From Candidatus Eiseniibacteriota bacterium (GTDB lineage: Bacteria; Eisenbacteria; RBG-16-71-46; CAIMUX01; VGJL01), in assembly GCA_963792585.1 (NCBI GenBank), contig CAWBWI010000001.1, forward strand, positions 608,001 through 672,000: a stretch of DNA of 64,000 nucleotides, in the 5' to 3' direction. Positions within the stretch are counted from its first letter, which is position 1; each line of letters begins with the position of its first letter. A model generated the notes under the pieces. That model did not search any database, was not told the origin of the DNA, and worked only from the letters and a program-made list of their open reading frames with translations. This document shows positions 45,696-57,341 of the stretch, one piece after another. Position numbers and translations under genes: made by a program.

Positions 45696-47309
45696 CTATT
45701 CCGGAAGGAAGTTCGCCAGCGGGGCGCGCACGTCGAAGACTTCCGTCCAGGAGACGTCCTTGTACATGTTGAGCGGCACCGGGAAGCAGGGGGGCGGGTA
45801 GCTCGTCAGGTCCATGTCGTAGTTGTAACGACGCGTCGGGCCGGTCGCCGTTGCGAGGACGGTCGAGTTGTTCCAGGGCGAAGCGCTTCCCGGTACCGAT
45901 CGTGACGATGCCGCCGTTGATGTTCAGGACCCAAGTTCGTGGCCGTGATCGTTGAGTTCGTTCCATCCCTCGCCGCGACCGGATCGTTGTTGTGTGGGTG
46001 TCTCGCCGCTGATTCCGTCCTGGTCGAGGTCCAGCGGGCCGGGACCGGACGACCGGGTGGTCCGTTGTGTTGTCGCCCCCCAAGCCGGACCAGTTCGCGG
46101 TCCGGGAGAGCAGCATCGCGTCCACGCGGAGGACTCGCGGAGTGCCTCGATCGCATGTAGATGTAGTTCTTCGGCGACCAGTCCCACGTTCACCGGGTCT
46201 CCTGTGTGGCTCGGGCAGGCGTGTGATCGGATCGTAGCACGGTGAACCCGGTGATCAGGTTGTTGCTTGAACGTAGACGTTCGAGGTCGCATAGACGGTC
46301 ACGCTGCGGGCGCTGACACCGTCCAGGGTGCCGCGGATCTTGCCGTCGCCCTCGAAGAAGATGATTCCGTTGAAGTCGTGGCATCGGAGCGGCTGACCGG
46401 TTTGGGGATTGATGACGTTCTGCTCCGTTGTACCGGACGCAGGTGTCGGGCGGAGCCGTTGTTACGTTCTCGAAGTCCAACCGGTCGAATACCAGCACGT
46501 TCAGATCCGCACCGGACTGGGTGGCGAGGTGCAGGGGATCGGTTCCTGGAAGGCTGGTATAGAGGCCGACCGTTCCTTTTCTCTCGCACGCGTTGTCGGC
46601 ACCGAGTCCGCGCGCCTTGTCGCGGACGTCTGTCCAGCTGAAGGAGTTCTCGAGGTCGATCGGCTCGGCATTGGTGACGTACCCGCGGTAGAACTCGCCG
46701 CACGCGGCATTGGGCACGTCGTCCACGACGGAGACCATCTCGAGGAAACTGCACCGCTTGGTGGCGGCGCAGTTGCAGGGGATGTTGAGGTTCCCGTTGA
46801 CGAAGACCTCGCCGGTGATGTTGGCGTCGCACTCGTAGGTGAGGTCCGAGAGAGCGGTGAATCGCGCGTACTTCAAGAAGCTGTCGTGAACGATCTCGAC
46901 CTTGACGCGCCGGATGGCTCCCTGGAATCGACCCTCGGAGACGATGGTGAAGCCGTTCGATTGGTAGGCGGTGATGCCCATCCCCTTGACGTCGCTGGCT
47001 TCGGCGATGACGGAGTAGCTGCCGCCCCATGCAAGCGTATCCGCCATGCGGAAATCGGGCCGGCCGTCCTCGTCCTCGTCGGCCATCGGGGCCAGGAGGT
47101 CGCGGATCGAACGCTTCGCAAAAGCGACTCCGGTCTCCGAGGCCGCGAGCGCCTCGACGCTTTGCCGCTCGTACCGGGACAGGTTGCGGTCGCTCATGGC
47201 GACGACCGCCACGGACGAGGCCGAGAATGGAGAGGGCTGCCAGGATGAGGATCGCGAGCAGGAGGGTGCTCCCGTCGCTCGATCGCAGGATGGAACGCAA
47301 CGCCTTCAT
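45696..47309 (-). CDS. Large PilX-like minor pilin with Cys-rich C-terminal domain; several frameshifts
   Basis: SSDG|STLLLAILIL (no E5), ALAASETGV, then fragments VNVGLVAE, LNINGGIV, RRYNYDMDL.SYPPPCFP, SWTEV ending at TAG 45696-45698. Confidence 0.7.
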
Positions 47310-47319
47310 GGTCGCCTCA

Positions 47320-47791
47320 TCAGCTTCCGATTTCGGTGATTGCGAAACGAATCGGGACGGTGACCGTTTCTCCGTCCCTGAGCCAGGAAATCTCGATTTC
47401 CGACCGAGAACATCCCCTGCAGCAACTCCGGGTCTTCCGTCGAGTCCCGGACCCAGATCCGGCCACGTCCGTTGGGACCCAGCTGCTCGGTGAGATGGTT
47501 CGCCCAGACGGTGCAGGGGATGGTCACCGTGCCGGCGTCATCGGTGTCGACCCCATTGAACATCGTCATCACCTGGTCGACCGACTCGCTCAAGATCTTC
47601 TCCTGGATCTCCCGGGCCAGGGATACCGCGGTGGTCTCGGCTCGGCCGAACGAGGCGTTGCGGGTCGAGACGGCAAAGATCTGGCCAACCGAGAGAATGC
47701 CGATGGCCAGCAGAGTTACGGCCACAAGCAACTCCACAAGGGTGAAGCCGCTTTGCGCCCTTCGAATTGGACGAATCGACTTGCTTCTCAT
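47320..47791 (-). CDS. PilV-like minor pilin; +1 frameshift near 47398
   Basis: AQSG|FTLVELLVAVTLLAIGILSV, AVSLAREIQE; C-terminus continues as EIEISWLRDG...IGS*. Confidence 0.8.
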
Positions 47792-47848
47792 GACGTCCCT
47801 CTCCGGGAGGCGGATTCGCCCCACCGCGGACCGCCCCCATCCGGGGCT

Positions 47849-47867
47849 AAGCACGAACCATTCCCAT
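47849..47867 (-). promoter_or_regulatory. Possible sigma-54 promoter of the minor-pilin operon
   Basis: Minus strand TGGGAATGGTTCGTGCTT contains GG-N10-GC, but the -24 core is non-canonical. Confidence 0.35.
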
Positions 47868-48010
47868 GGTTATTGATTCGGGCAATCGGGCCGATTCCTA
47901 CAGTTACGGATCCAGGCGCGCGGGGGGGACGGTGGGGTCCTTGCAAGAAGCCGATGCCGGCATTGCAAGCTGCTCTGCCGGGCGGCCGGAACCTGTATCA
48001 GGAAAACTGC

Positions 48011-48039
48011 TTGACAGGAGCATGGGGGAAAACTATCTT
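48011..48039 (+). promoter_or_regulatory. Sigma-70 promoter of the TonB-dependent receptor operon
   Basis: TTGACA-N17-TATCTT, about 140 bp upstream of the ATG at 48178. Confidence 0.7.
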
Positions 48040-48177
48040 GCCAGCGCCTAAGCTCAGAGCCCCAAGCAACTAGTGAACGATTTCGCGGGTTTGCTTGGGG
48101 GCAGCGTGGTGTGCGGGCCAGTCGGCCCGGGCGGACAGGGAGTCCAAGGGCCTCTCGTTTCGAGCAAAGGGGGACTT

Positions 48178-51043
48178 ATGTTCCGGCAAAAGCGTCTCCA
48201 CCGAATCTTGCTTCTCGTGTTCCTGGCGATCCTCGTGGCGCCGGGTGCGTGGGCAGGGACGGTGGGGAAGATCTCGGGGGTTGTGACCAACGAGGCGAAC
48301 GGCCAGCCGCTCGCAGGGGCAAACGTCACGGTCGTCGGGACCACGATGGGGGCGAACGCCGATGCGGCAGGCAAGTTCTCGATCTTGAACGTTCCTGCAG
48401 GCACCTACCAGGTGCAGGCCACATTGGTCGGGTACAAACCGATCCAGATGAACAACATCACGGTTGCGCCCGACTTCACGACCGAGGTCAACTTCGCCCT
48501 GACCCAGACCGTCCTGGGGATCGTCCAGACGGTCGAAATTCGGGCGGAGAAGCCGCTCATCCAGAAGGACATCACGGGAACGACCCGGTTCATTGGGCGC
48601 GAAGAGATCCAGAACATGCCCACCCGTGGCTACCAGGATGCGGCAAGCCTGCAGGCAGGCGTGACCTCGCAACAGATCAACCAGGACCTGAGCACCGCGG
48701 ATCTCGAGAGCGCGAACTCGCCGAGGCTCCACGTTCGCGGGGGTCGCGCTGAGGAAGTCGCCTACTTCGTCGACGGCTTCTCGCAGCAGGATCCGCTGAC
48801 CGGTCTTTCCACGACATCGATCAACCAGAATGCGATCGACCAGATCGTGGTTCTGACGGGCGGTTTCAACGCCGAATACGGGAAGATCATGTCGGGAGCC
48901 GTCAACGTGATCACGCGCGAGGGGGCCCCGAAGTACTTCGGCTCCATCGAGGCGATCACCGACAACCTCGCCGGCAGCTGGATCGGCGCGAAGAAGTACG
49001 ACAACAACATCTATGACGTCTCGCTGGGCGGGCCGGTCCTGCCCGGCAGCGATGCGTTGTCCTTCTTCGTCAGCGGCGAACGGCGCTGGCAACGGGATCG
49101 GTCCCCGCACCCCGTCGACGGCTTGGGATACACCAAGGAGCAGGAGAAGCTCTTCCTGCGCGACGGCTTGCTGCCGAACAACCAACTCGGCGGCTACACG
49201 TGGCAGGGGAAGCTGACCTGGGCGCTGAACAACTCGTTGAAGCTGCGGGCCGGAACGCTAGGTTCCAAGGACGAGTGGCGGGAGTACCACCACCAGTACG
49301 TCTTCAACCAGGCCCACATGCCCCGCTATGAGGACAGGAACAACAGCGTTTTCGGTACGGCCACGTACACCTTCAACCCGAAGACTTTCGCGACCCTCGG
49401 GGTCAACTGGTTCTACACCGAGCGGTTCCGGGGCGACGGCGTCTATTTCAAGGACCTTTCCTTGTACCCCAGCGAATTGCCGGTGGATCCCGCGACCGGA
49501 TTCCCCATCGGCAATCCCAGGTACGCCGAGAATGCGCCCCTCTTCTGGTACGGCGGAGAGGACAGCACGAAGGGCGCGCATGTCTGGGATGATTACCTGC
49601 ACCGTGAGTCGTCGTATGTCGGCACGAAGGGCGATATTTCCTTCCAGTGGTCACCGACGAACCAGGCGAAGGTCGGGGTCGAGTATCGGCGCCACACGCT
49701 GCGCCGCTATCGCCACCTCTTCCCGGTCCAGGTCTGGAAGGGAGTCGCCGGCGGTGGATACAACGACGTCGACGGGTTTGGCTACGCCCTCGATGACCCC
49801 GAGAAGCACCTCGACTCCGGTCTCGACGGGGCGAAGCATCCCAAGGATGCGTCCCTCTTCTTCCAGAACAAGTACGAGAAGGATCAGTTCGTTCTGAACG
49901 CCGGAATCCGCTACGACTACCTGAACGCGGAGACGGACGTTCTCGCGGACAACAATCTGCCCCTGGGAGAGGACCGCACGGTCCTCGACACGAGCGACCT
50001 CAAGAAGGGCAAGATCCGCCACAAGGTCAGCCCGCGGCTCGGCGTAGGATTCCCCGTGTCCGAGAGGACGCAGTTCCACGCGAACTACGGTCTGTTCTTC
50101 CAGCAACCGAACCTCGAAAACCTCTATACCAGCTACGGCTATCTCGAGTACAAGGCAAAGGTCGGCGGGTACTACTACCCGTTCGGAAACCCGGATCTGG
50201 CACCGGAGACGACGACCGCTTACGAGGTTGGCTTCACGCAGCAACTCGCCGTCGAATGCGCGTCTCGACGTCACGGCGTTCTACAAGAACGTGCAGGACC
50301 TCGTGCAGGTCGAATCGATCCGGTCGTCCCCGAACTCCTACACGACCTTCCGGAACACCGACTACGGGACGATCAAGGGCGTCGATTTCGCGTTCGACAT
50401 GCGCCGGACGGAGAACACCACCGCGACGGTGAACTACACCTTCTCGTATGCCAACGGCACCGGGTCGGTGTCGAACACCCAGCGCAACATCGCATGGACC
50501 GGCGGCATTCCGCCGAAGCAGACGCTCCGCGCTGGACTTCGACCAGCGTCACAAGATCTCGCTCAACGTCGATTGGCGGCTCGGTCGGGGGCAGGGTCCT
50601 CTGCTCGGCTGCCTCCACCCTCTCGAGGACTTTGGATTCAACGTCCTCGTGAACATGGGGAGCGGCACGCCCTACACGCCGACCAAGCCGTACGACGAGG
50701 TTACCCTCGCGGCGGTCAACATCGAGCCGGCCGGTCCGATCAACAGCCGCTACGGCCCGTGGACCTATCGGGTCGACCTGAAGGCGGACCGCACCATTCA
50801 ACGTCGGGTGGACTGAACGTCAATGCCTACATCTGGATCCTGAACGTGTTGAACCGGAAGAATCCGGCCAACGTCTACACGTCGAGCGGAGTGAGCGACG
50901 AAACCGGGTGGCTCAGCAATCCGGTCGGGGAGCGGGCGTACAGCACCGCGGAGCTGCGGGAGCGGTACAACCTTGCCCAGAGCAACCCGAACAACTACGA
51001 CGTGCCGCGGATGGTGCGCTTTGGACTCAAGACCAGCTTCTAG
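48178..51043 (+). CDS. TonB-dependent receptor with N-terminal carboxypeptidase-regulatory-like domain; frameshifts near 50250, 50525 and 50800
   Basis: GKISGVVT..PLAGANV, plug VRGGR..E..YFVDG, GGFNAEYG..MSGAVN, SPRLG, GNPDLAPE, C-terminal PRMVRFGLKTSF. Confidence 0.9.
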
Positions 51044-51098
51044 GAGCAGGGAATGCGCGGGACGGCCGCGGCCGCGGTCGTCCCGACAAGGAGGTTCT

Positions 51099-54000
51099 AT
51101 GAATCGGCCGATCTGGAGATTTCCTGCCTGGCTGGCCATGGTTGCACTGCTGGCTTGCTGTGGCGTTGCGGCGGGTGCGCCGGTCGTGAAGATGGGAGTC
51201 ATCGGTCTCGCCGATGATCATCTCGAACGACGTGCATGTCGATGTGAACAACATCGCGATGTTCGTGACCAACCGCGGTGGTTTCGCCCGCGACCTCGAG
51301 TCGCCCGGCGGACCGTCGGGGCTTTTCTTCCCCCGCGGGCACCGACAAGACGGCCGTCTACGCGGCCGGATTGTGGTTTGGCTCGCGAGGTCAACGGCGA
51401 GACGCGGGTCACGGTGGCCGAGTACGACCTGGAGTACACGCCGGGAATCATCTACAACGACGGAACCGAGATCACCTGGGACGATGCGGGTGATGCACGC
51501 CTGAAGGTCTACAAGCTCGCCAAGGGCGACACCCTGAGCGACGACTACCTCAACTGGCCTGTCGCCGACGGCGCGCCGCTGAACGCGGCGGGCAAGCCGC
51601 TGTGGCAGGGCGACCAGACCTTGTGGGCGGTCTACAACGACGCGGATCCTTCGACGCACACGAACGACGCTGGAGGCTCGACGCCTCAAAACATCGAGAT
51701 CCGGCAGACGACGTTTGCGTTCGACCGCCAGGGCCCGCTCGGGAACATGATCTTCGTCAAGTTCAACTTCAAGAACCGCGGCAACGAGACCCTCGAGGAC
51801 TGCTATGTCTCGATGTGGTCGGACATCGACATGGGGGGGCGACGGACGACATGGCCGGCTGCGACACGCTGCTCTCGCTCGGCTATGTTTACAACGCTTC
51901 CAACAACGACGAGATCTACGGCGCGGTCCCGCCGGCCGTCGGTTTCGACTTCTTCCAGGGGCCGATCGTTCCCTCCGCGGGCGATACGGCGCTCGTCAGC
52001 GGCCAGCACGTACTCGACTACAAGAACCTGCCGATGACGTCCTACAACCGCTACATCAACGGGACCGACCCGGACAGCCGTGTCGCATCCTACAACTACA
52101 TGAAGGGCCTCACGAAGGACGGCGCGCCGCTGCACATCAACGAGGATGTGACGCAGCCGATCACGCGCTACTTCTTCCCGGGAGATCCGGTGACCCAGAC
52201 CGGCTGGATCGACGAAGCGCAGGCGGACAAGCGCATCATGCTCTCCTCGGGACCCTTCACGATGGCGCCCGGCGACAGCCAGGAGGTCGTGGTCGGTTTG
52301 ATCGTCGCCCAGGGCGGGGATCGGCTGTCGAGCCTGACCCTGCTGAAGTCATACGACGACCAGGCCCAGAAGGTCTTCGACGCGAACTTCGACCTTCCGT
52401 CGGCGCCACCACGGCCCGTTCTCTACGCGCGGCCGATGGACGGGGCCGTCGACCTGAGCTGGTCGACCGACGCAGTGGGGGACGTGCAGATCAGCCTTCC
52501 TCTGGGCGAGGAGTACCACCATCAGGGGTACAACCTCTATCAGGGGGAGTCGATCGCCGGCCCGTGGAAGAAGATCGGCACATGGGATCTTGCGGACAGC
52601 GTCGGTTTCACTTACGCCGATGTCTTCGATCCCGACCTGAAAGGTAACCAGCGCATCATTACCCAGCAGGGGACCAACAACGGTCTGGACTTCCATATGC
52701 TGCTGGAGGACGACCTGATCACGGGCGGACCGCTCCACAACAACCTCGACTACTTCTATGCGATCTCCGCCTATTCGTACGACGTCAACCACCTGGAGCC
52801 CTACTTCGTGGGGCCCAACCAGGTTGGCTGGCTGACGCCGACCCTGGAGAACTCCAAGGCGGGCGTGATCGTCCGGCCGGGCTCCTCGGCGGCGGTTCTC
52901 GACGCCGTTGGCACGCGGCTCGCCGGCACCAGCGACGGCTCGGTGCAGGTTGCCTTCGTCCAACCGGAGCTGGTGAAGGATGGGACGTTCAATGTTACGT
53001 TCCGCGAGATCACGATCGACGAGACGCCGACCGTTGTTTGGGATCTGACAAATGCTTCGACCGGTGACACGCTTCTCAAGGCGCAGACCTATCAGTCGTC
53101 GAATCCCGAAGACTACGCCTATCCGGTCGTCGACGGCATGATGGTTCGCGTGCTCGGTCCGGCGCCGGGCTTCAAGTTCAACACGCGCACGGATATCAGC
53201 AATCCCTTGATGTTCGACGAGGTCAAGGGTGCCGGAGGCGCCGACATTCCTGCGGACGCCAACGGTGGTCCGGGCAAGAACTGCTGGTGGATCCGTAACT
53301 CGACCGGGGAGTGGTCCCTGTCGGCCGGTGGCGGTGATGGAGGCTACGGTCGCCTGACCCGCGACGGAACGAACAACGTGAACCTCACGTCAGCTGACAT
53401 CATCATGAAGTGGGACTACGCAGACGACAACTGGGCCGTCTGGGGGTTCGACTCTGGTGTTGTTGGGAAGGTGCCGTTCGGGCTCTACCTCAAGGATCCG
53501 GGCACCGGGGCCGAGACCCGGCTCGTTCCGGAACTCACCGCCGGAGGCGGCACCGAGGGCGTCTACGAGATCCAGCAGGATACCGTGGACGGCCACTACG
53601 GGCTTCCGAGCACCGACTGGTGCTATGCCTATACGTTCGACGGGGATTGGGAGGCATTCGTAGCAGCCGTCGCGGACGGCACCTACGGCCCCGACGAAGA
53701 CACGACCCAGAACGAGCTCTTCGCGCGTCTCGTGGTCGTGCAGCGCGGCGACACGCCCGTTCTGCCGGCCGAGGGAACGGTGATCCAGTTCTCAACGACG
53801 AAACCGAACACGCCGCTCGACAAGTTCCAGTTCAAGGCCTATGCGCCCGGACACGCCGTCGGCACGGTGATCGGCGACGATCTCGCTGCCATCCACGTCG
53901 TGCCGAACCCCTACCTGAACCAGAGCGCATATGAGCTGAACCAGTTCAACCGGGTCATCAAGTTCATCAACCTCCCGGCGAAACCGGCGACGATCCGGAT

Positions 54001-54202
54001 CTTCAACCTCGGTGGCGAGTTGGTCCGCACGATCGAAAAGACCGACGTGGTCAACAGCGAGGCGATCTGGGATCTCCAGAACTCGAGGGCGATTCCCGTC
54101 GCGAGCGGAATCTATATCTACACCGTCGACGTGAAGGGGCTGGGCCGGAAGACGGGCAAGATGGCCGTCTTCGTGGAAAAGGAGAGGCTCAACCGCTTCT
54201 AG
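51099..54202 (+). CDS. Large secreted protein (about 1030 aa) with T9SS type-A-like/FlgD-Ig C-terminal sorting domain; frameshifts near 51210-51400 and in the G7 run at 51833-51839
   Basis: AAGGAGG RBS, signal peptide, FN3-like segment, C-terminal IHVVPNPY...IKFINLP...IRIFNLGGELVRTI...WDLQN....VASGIYIY. Confidence 0.8.
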
Positions 54203-54236
54203 GGCGGGAGAGGAAACCGTGGAAGGAGGAAACGAG

Positions 54237-55253
54237 ATGAGAGTTCGGATTCTCTGCTGCACGGCGGTCCTGCTCCTCGCCCTCGTGGGAGGCGCATTCG
54301 CCGGCAATCCTGATCGAATCGGCACCTCTGGTGGCCAGGAACTGACCATCCCCAACTCGGCACGCGGGATGGCCCTGGGCAGCGGCATGGTTGCGGATCC
54401 GGGCGGGGTGGACATGCTCTTCTACAACCCGGCCGCCATCGCGGGCGTGACGGGCGTGGAAGCGTATTTCAGCAATCTGAAGTACATCGCGGACATGAAG
54501 AAGAACTACGTGGGCGTCGCCGCGAAGACAGGCTTCGGGACCATCGGGGTCACGGCCGACGTCCTTTCGATCGGGGACATCGAGGAGACGACCGAGGAGA
54601 ACCCGAATGGAACGGGCAGGGTGTTCTCCCCGAACTTCTCGATCCTGGGACTCAGCTACGCCCGTTACATGACCGATCAGGTGACGATCGGGGCGACGTT
54701 CAAGGTCATCTCCGAGTCCGTGCTGCAACTCCACTCGACGGGCCTCGCGTTCGATGCCGGAATCCAGTATCGGCCGGGCCCGAAGGGAGTCTGGTTCGGG
54801 CTCGCGGTCAAGAACTTCGGCCCGAACATGAAGTTCACAGGAAGCGATTTCGAGAGCTTCCACCGGACGGGGAGCAACCCTCAATCGAACGATCGCTCCC
54901 TCGCCTCGTTGTCGGCGCCCTTCGAGCTGCCCAGCTACTTCGAGATGGGGGTTCGTTATGAGCTCCCCATCGAGACCGTGGGAAGCCTGACGGGTTACGG
55001 AACGTTCCAGTCGAACAACTTCAACAACGACGAGTTCAAGCTCGGGGGCGAGTTCGCCTTCCGGGATGCGCTCTTCCTTCGCGCCGGCGGCGTCATCACC
55101 GGCAACGACGACTACCTGTTCGGCCCGGCCTTCGGAGCGGGCTTCTCCCTCCCGCTGGGTGGGACGAGCAAGCTTCAGGTCGACTACACGATCCGGACCG
55201 TTCCGGACTACTTCGACGACAACCAGCTCCTGGCGGTGAAGTTCGTCTTCTAG
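54237..55253 (+). CDS. PorV/PorQ-family (FadL-like) outer-membrane beta-barrel
   Basis: GTSGGQELTIPNSARGMALG, LFYNPAAIA, AFDAGIQY, GLAVKNFG, ELP, FLRAG, C-terminal VKFVF. Confidence 0.85.
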   Translation: MRVRILCCTAVLLLALVGGAFAGNPDRIGTSGGQELTIPNSARGMALGSGMVADPGGVDMLFYNPAAIAGVTGVEAYFSNLKYIADMKKNYVGVAAKTGFGTIGVTADVLSIGDIEETTEENPNGTGRVFSPNFSILGLSYARYMTDQVTIGATFKVISESVLQLHSTGLAFDAGIQYRPGPKGVWFGLAVKNFGPNMKFTGSDFESFHRTGSNPQSNDRSLASLSAPFELPSYFEMGVRYELPIETVGSLTGYGTFQSNNFNNDEFKLGGEFAFRDALFLRAGGVITGNDDYLFGPAFGAGFSLPLGGTSKLQVDYTIRTVPDYFDDNQLLAVKFVF

Positions 55254-55278
55254 CCGGTTGCTCGATTGTCCCTACTTG

Positions 55279-55313
55279 GGGCGGGGGTCGATGGGACCCC
55301 CGCCCCTCGCTTT
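55279..55313 (+). terminator. Rho-independent-like terminator after the PorV-like gene
   Basis: GGGCGGGGGTC-GATGG-GACCCCCGCCC 11-bp stem followed by TCGCTTTG. Confidence 0.6.
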
Positions 55314-55384
55314 GCGGCGGCGGGAACGCCGTGCCGGTGCTAGCATGGGAGAAACCCGAAACCACCGAGGAGAAGGCGCCGAAC

Positions 55385-55735
55385 GTGTTCAATATCGGAT
55401 CCCAGGAGTTGCTCATCATCCTGCTCCTGGTCTTTCTCTTCTTCGGCCCCCGGCATTTGCCCGAGGTCGCCCGCACGCTGGGCAAGGGGCTTGGGGACTT
55501 CCAGCGGACGCTGCGGGGGGTGGAGGACAACGTCCGACGGGCCAGCGAGGAGACGATCGGGCGCGCTTCGGTCGTCCCGTCGATCTTCGACAAGAACCTA
55601 CTCGATGTGGGCCCTCCCGACCCCGCAGGCGCGATTGCGGGAAACCGGGCGACCTTGGGCCCGGCCGGGCCCCCCGCGGACGCGACAGAGCCCGAGGATG
55701 AGGAAGGGGCCGGCCCGGCGGTGAATCCATCATGA
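55385..55735 (+). CDS. tatA: Twin-arginine translocase TatA/TatB subunit
   Basis: MFNIGSQELLIILLLVFLFFGPRHLPEVARTLGKG. Confidence 0.82.
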   Translation: MFNIGSQELLIILLLVFLFFGPRHLPEVARTLGKGLGDFQRTLRGVEDNVRRASEETIGRASVVPSIFDKNLLDVGPPDPAGAIAGNRATLGPAGPPADATEPEDEEGAGPAVNPS

Positions 55736-56271
55736 TGGGCGCGGCGAATATTGCCCTGGTCGGCTTCATGGCCTCCGGCAAGACGACGGTGGGGGAGGCG
55801 CTCGCCGCCATGACCGGGATGCCATTCCGGGACGTCGACAGGCTCGTGGAGGAGATGGAGGGGGCCAGTGTCGCCGAGATCTTCGCCTCCCGCGGAGAGG
55901 CGGTCTTTCGCGCTCGAGAGGGAACGGTCTTCCGGCAGCTGTGCGAAGGAACCGGGGTCATCATCGGCTGCGGCGGCGGCACCCTGATCGACCCGATCAA
56001 CCGGGCGGCGCTACGCGCCCGCTGCATCGGAGTCTGGTTGAGAACCTCGCTGCCCGAGATCCTCGATCGGATGGGCTCCAGCGAGCGGGCGATCCGTCCT
56101 CTGCTTCAGGGAGCGGCTCCTGAGGTGGTCGTACCGAAGCTCCTGGCGGCCCGTGAAGCGCTCTATGGGGAAGACGCGGACGTGGTGATCGACACCGACG
56201 GCCGAGGGGTCGTGGAGATCGCGGAGCAGATCCGCCTCACCCTCGCCCTTCCGACGAGGTTCCGGACTTGA
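55732..56271 (+). CDS. aroK: Shikimate kinase
   Basis: LVGFMASGKTTVG, GEAVFRARE, GGG, RPLL. Confidence 0.93.
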   Translation: MMGAANIALVGFMASGKTTVGEALAAMTGMPFRDVDRLVEEMEGASVAEIFASRGEAVFRAREGTVFRQLCEGTGVIIGCGGGTLIDPINRAALRARCIGVWLRTSLPEILDRMGSSERAIRPLLQGAAPEVVVPKLLAAREALYGEDADVVIDTDGRGVVEIAEQIRLTLALPTRFRT

Positions 56272-56864
56272 GGGTGATTTCGGGGCAACTGCGGGGAAGG
56301 CCCCTGAAGGCGCCACCGGGGCGGGCGGTCCGCCCGACGCAGAGCCATGTTCGTCAGGTCCTCTTCGACATCGTGGGGGTGTCGATCGAGGGGGCGAGGG
56401 CGCTGGATCTCTTTGCGGGCGTCGGGGGGCTCGGAATCGAGGCCCTCAGCCGAGGGGCTGCGGAGGTCTGCTTCATCGAGAAGGACCCGGTCGCGACCCG
56501 CTTCCTGCGCGCGAACCTCGAGGCGCTCGATCTCACGGATCGAGCGCGGGTGCTGCCGGTGTCCGTGGAGGCGGGGTTGCGGATCCTGGAGAAGGAGGCG
56601 CCGGGCTTCCGGTGGATCTTCGCGGACCCGCCGTACAAAGCGGAGCCGGCCGCTTGGCTGCGCCGCGCCGTCCGCACGGGCCCGGGGGGGCTCCTGGATG
56701 CCGGTGGGACGCTCGTTTTCGAGACATCGCGACGCGCGCCCAGAATCGATCGGATCGAAGCGCTCGAGCACGTCCGATCCCATCCGGTCGGCGAGACGAC
56801 GCTCGAGTTTTACAGATGGGGGGGCAGGGATGGAACGCAGGGGGATCTTTCCGGGAACCTTTGA
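56268..56864 (+). CDS. rsmD: 16S rRNA m2G966 methyltransferase
   Basis: MRVISG..RGR, RPT, LDLFAGVGGLGIEALSRGA, DPPY. Confidence 0.92.
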   Translation: MRVISGQLRGRPLKAPPGRAVRPTQSHVRQVLFDIVGVSIEGARALDLFAGVGGLGIEALSRGAAEVCFIEKDPVATRFLRANLEALDLTDRARVLPVSVEAGLRILEKEAPGFRWIFADPPYKAEPAAWLRRAVRTGPGGLLDAGGTLVFETSRRAPRIDRIEALEHVRSHPVGETTLEFYRWGGRDGTQGDLSGNL

Positions 56865-57324
56865 TCCGCTCACGCTCGGCCATCTCGATGTGCTGACGCG
56901 TGCGCTCCACCTATTCGACCGCGTCACGGTGGCGGTGGCCGCGATCGATCGGCGTCGCAAGGAGACGCTCTTCAACGTGGATGAACGGATGGAGATGGTT
57001 CGGGACGCCATCGTGCCGGCCCTCCGCCCTCGCGTCGACGTGATGGTACTCGAAGGGCTGTTAGTCGATTTCGCGCGGGCGCAGGGGGTTCACGCGGTCG
57101 TCCGCGGATTGCGTTTCATCTCGGACTTCGAGTACGAGTTCCAGATGGCCTTGATGAATCAGAAGCTGTGGGCGGAGCTCGACACGGTCTTCTTGATGCC
57201 CAACGACAAGTACTCATACGTCAATTCGAGCCTGGTGAAGGAGATCGCGCGCAACGGGGGCGACGTGAGCGAGCTCGTGCCGCCGGACGTCGCGCGCCGC
57301 CTTTCGGAACGTTTCGGGCGTTAA
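56830..57324 (+). CDS. coaD: Pantetheine-phosphate adenylyltransferase
   Basis: FPGTFDPLTLGH, RGLR..SDFEYEFQMA..N, SSLVKE. Confidence 0.95.
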   Translation: MERRGIFPGTFDPLTLGHLDVLTRALHLFDRVTVAVAAIDRRRKETLFNVDERMEMVRDAIVPALRPRVDVMVLEGLLVDFARAQGVHAVVRGLRFISDFEYEFQMALMNQKLWAELDTVFLMPNDKYSYVNSSLVKEIARNGGDVSELVPPDVARRLSERFGR

Positions 57325-57341
57325 CTTGGGTTGAGGAGGGG

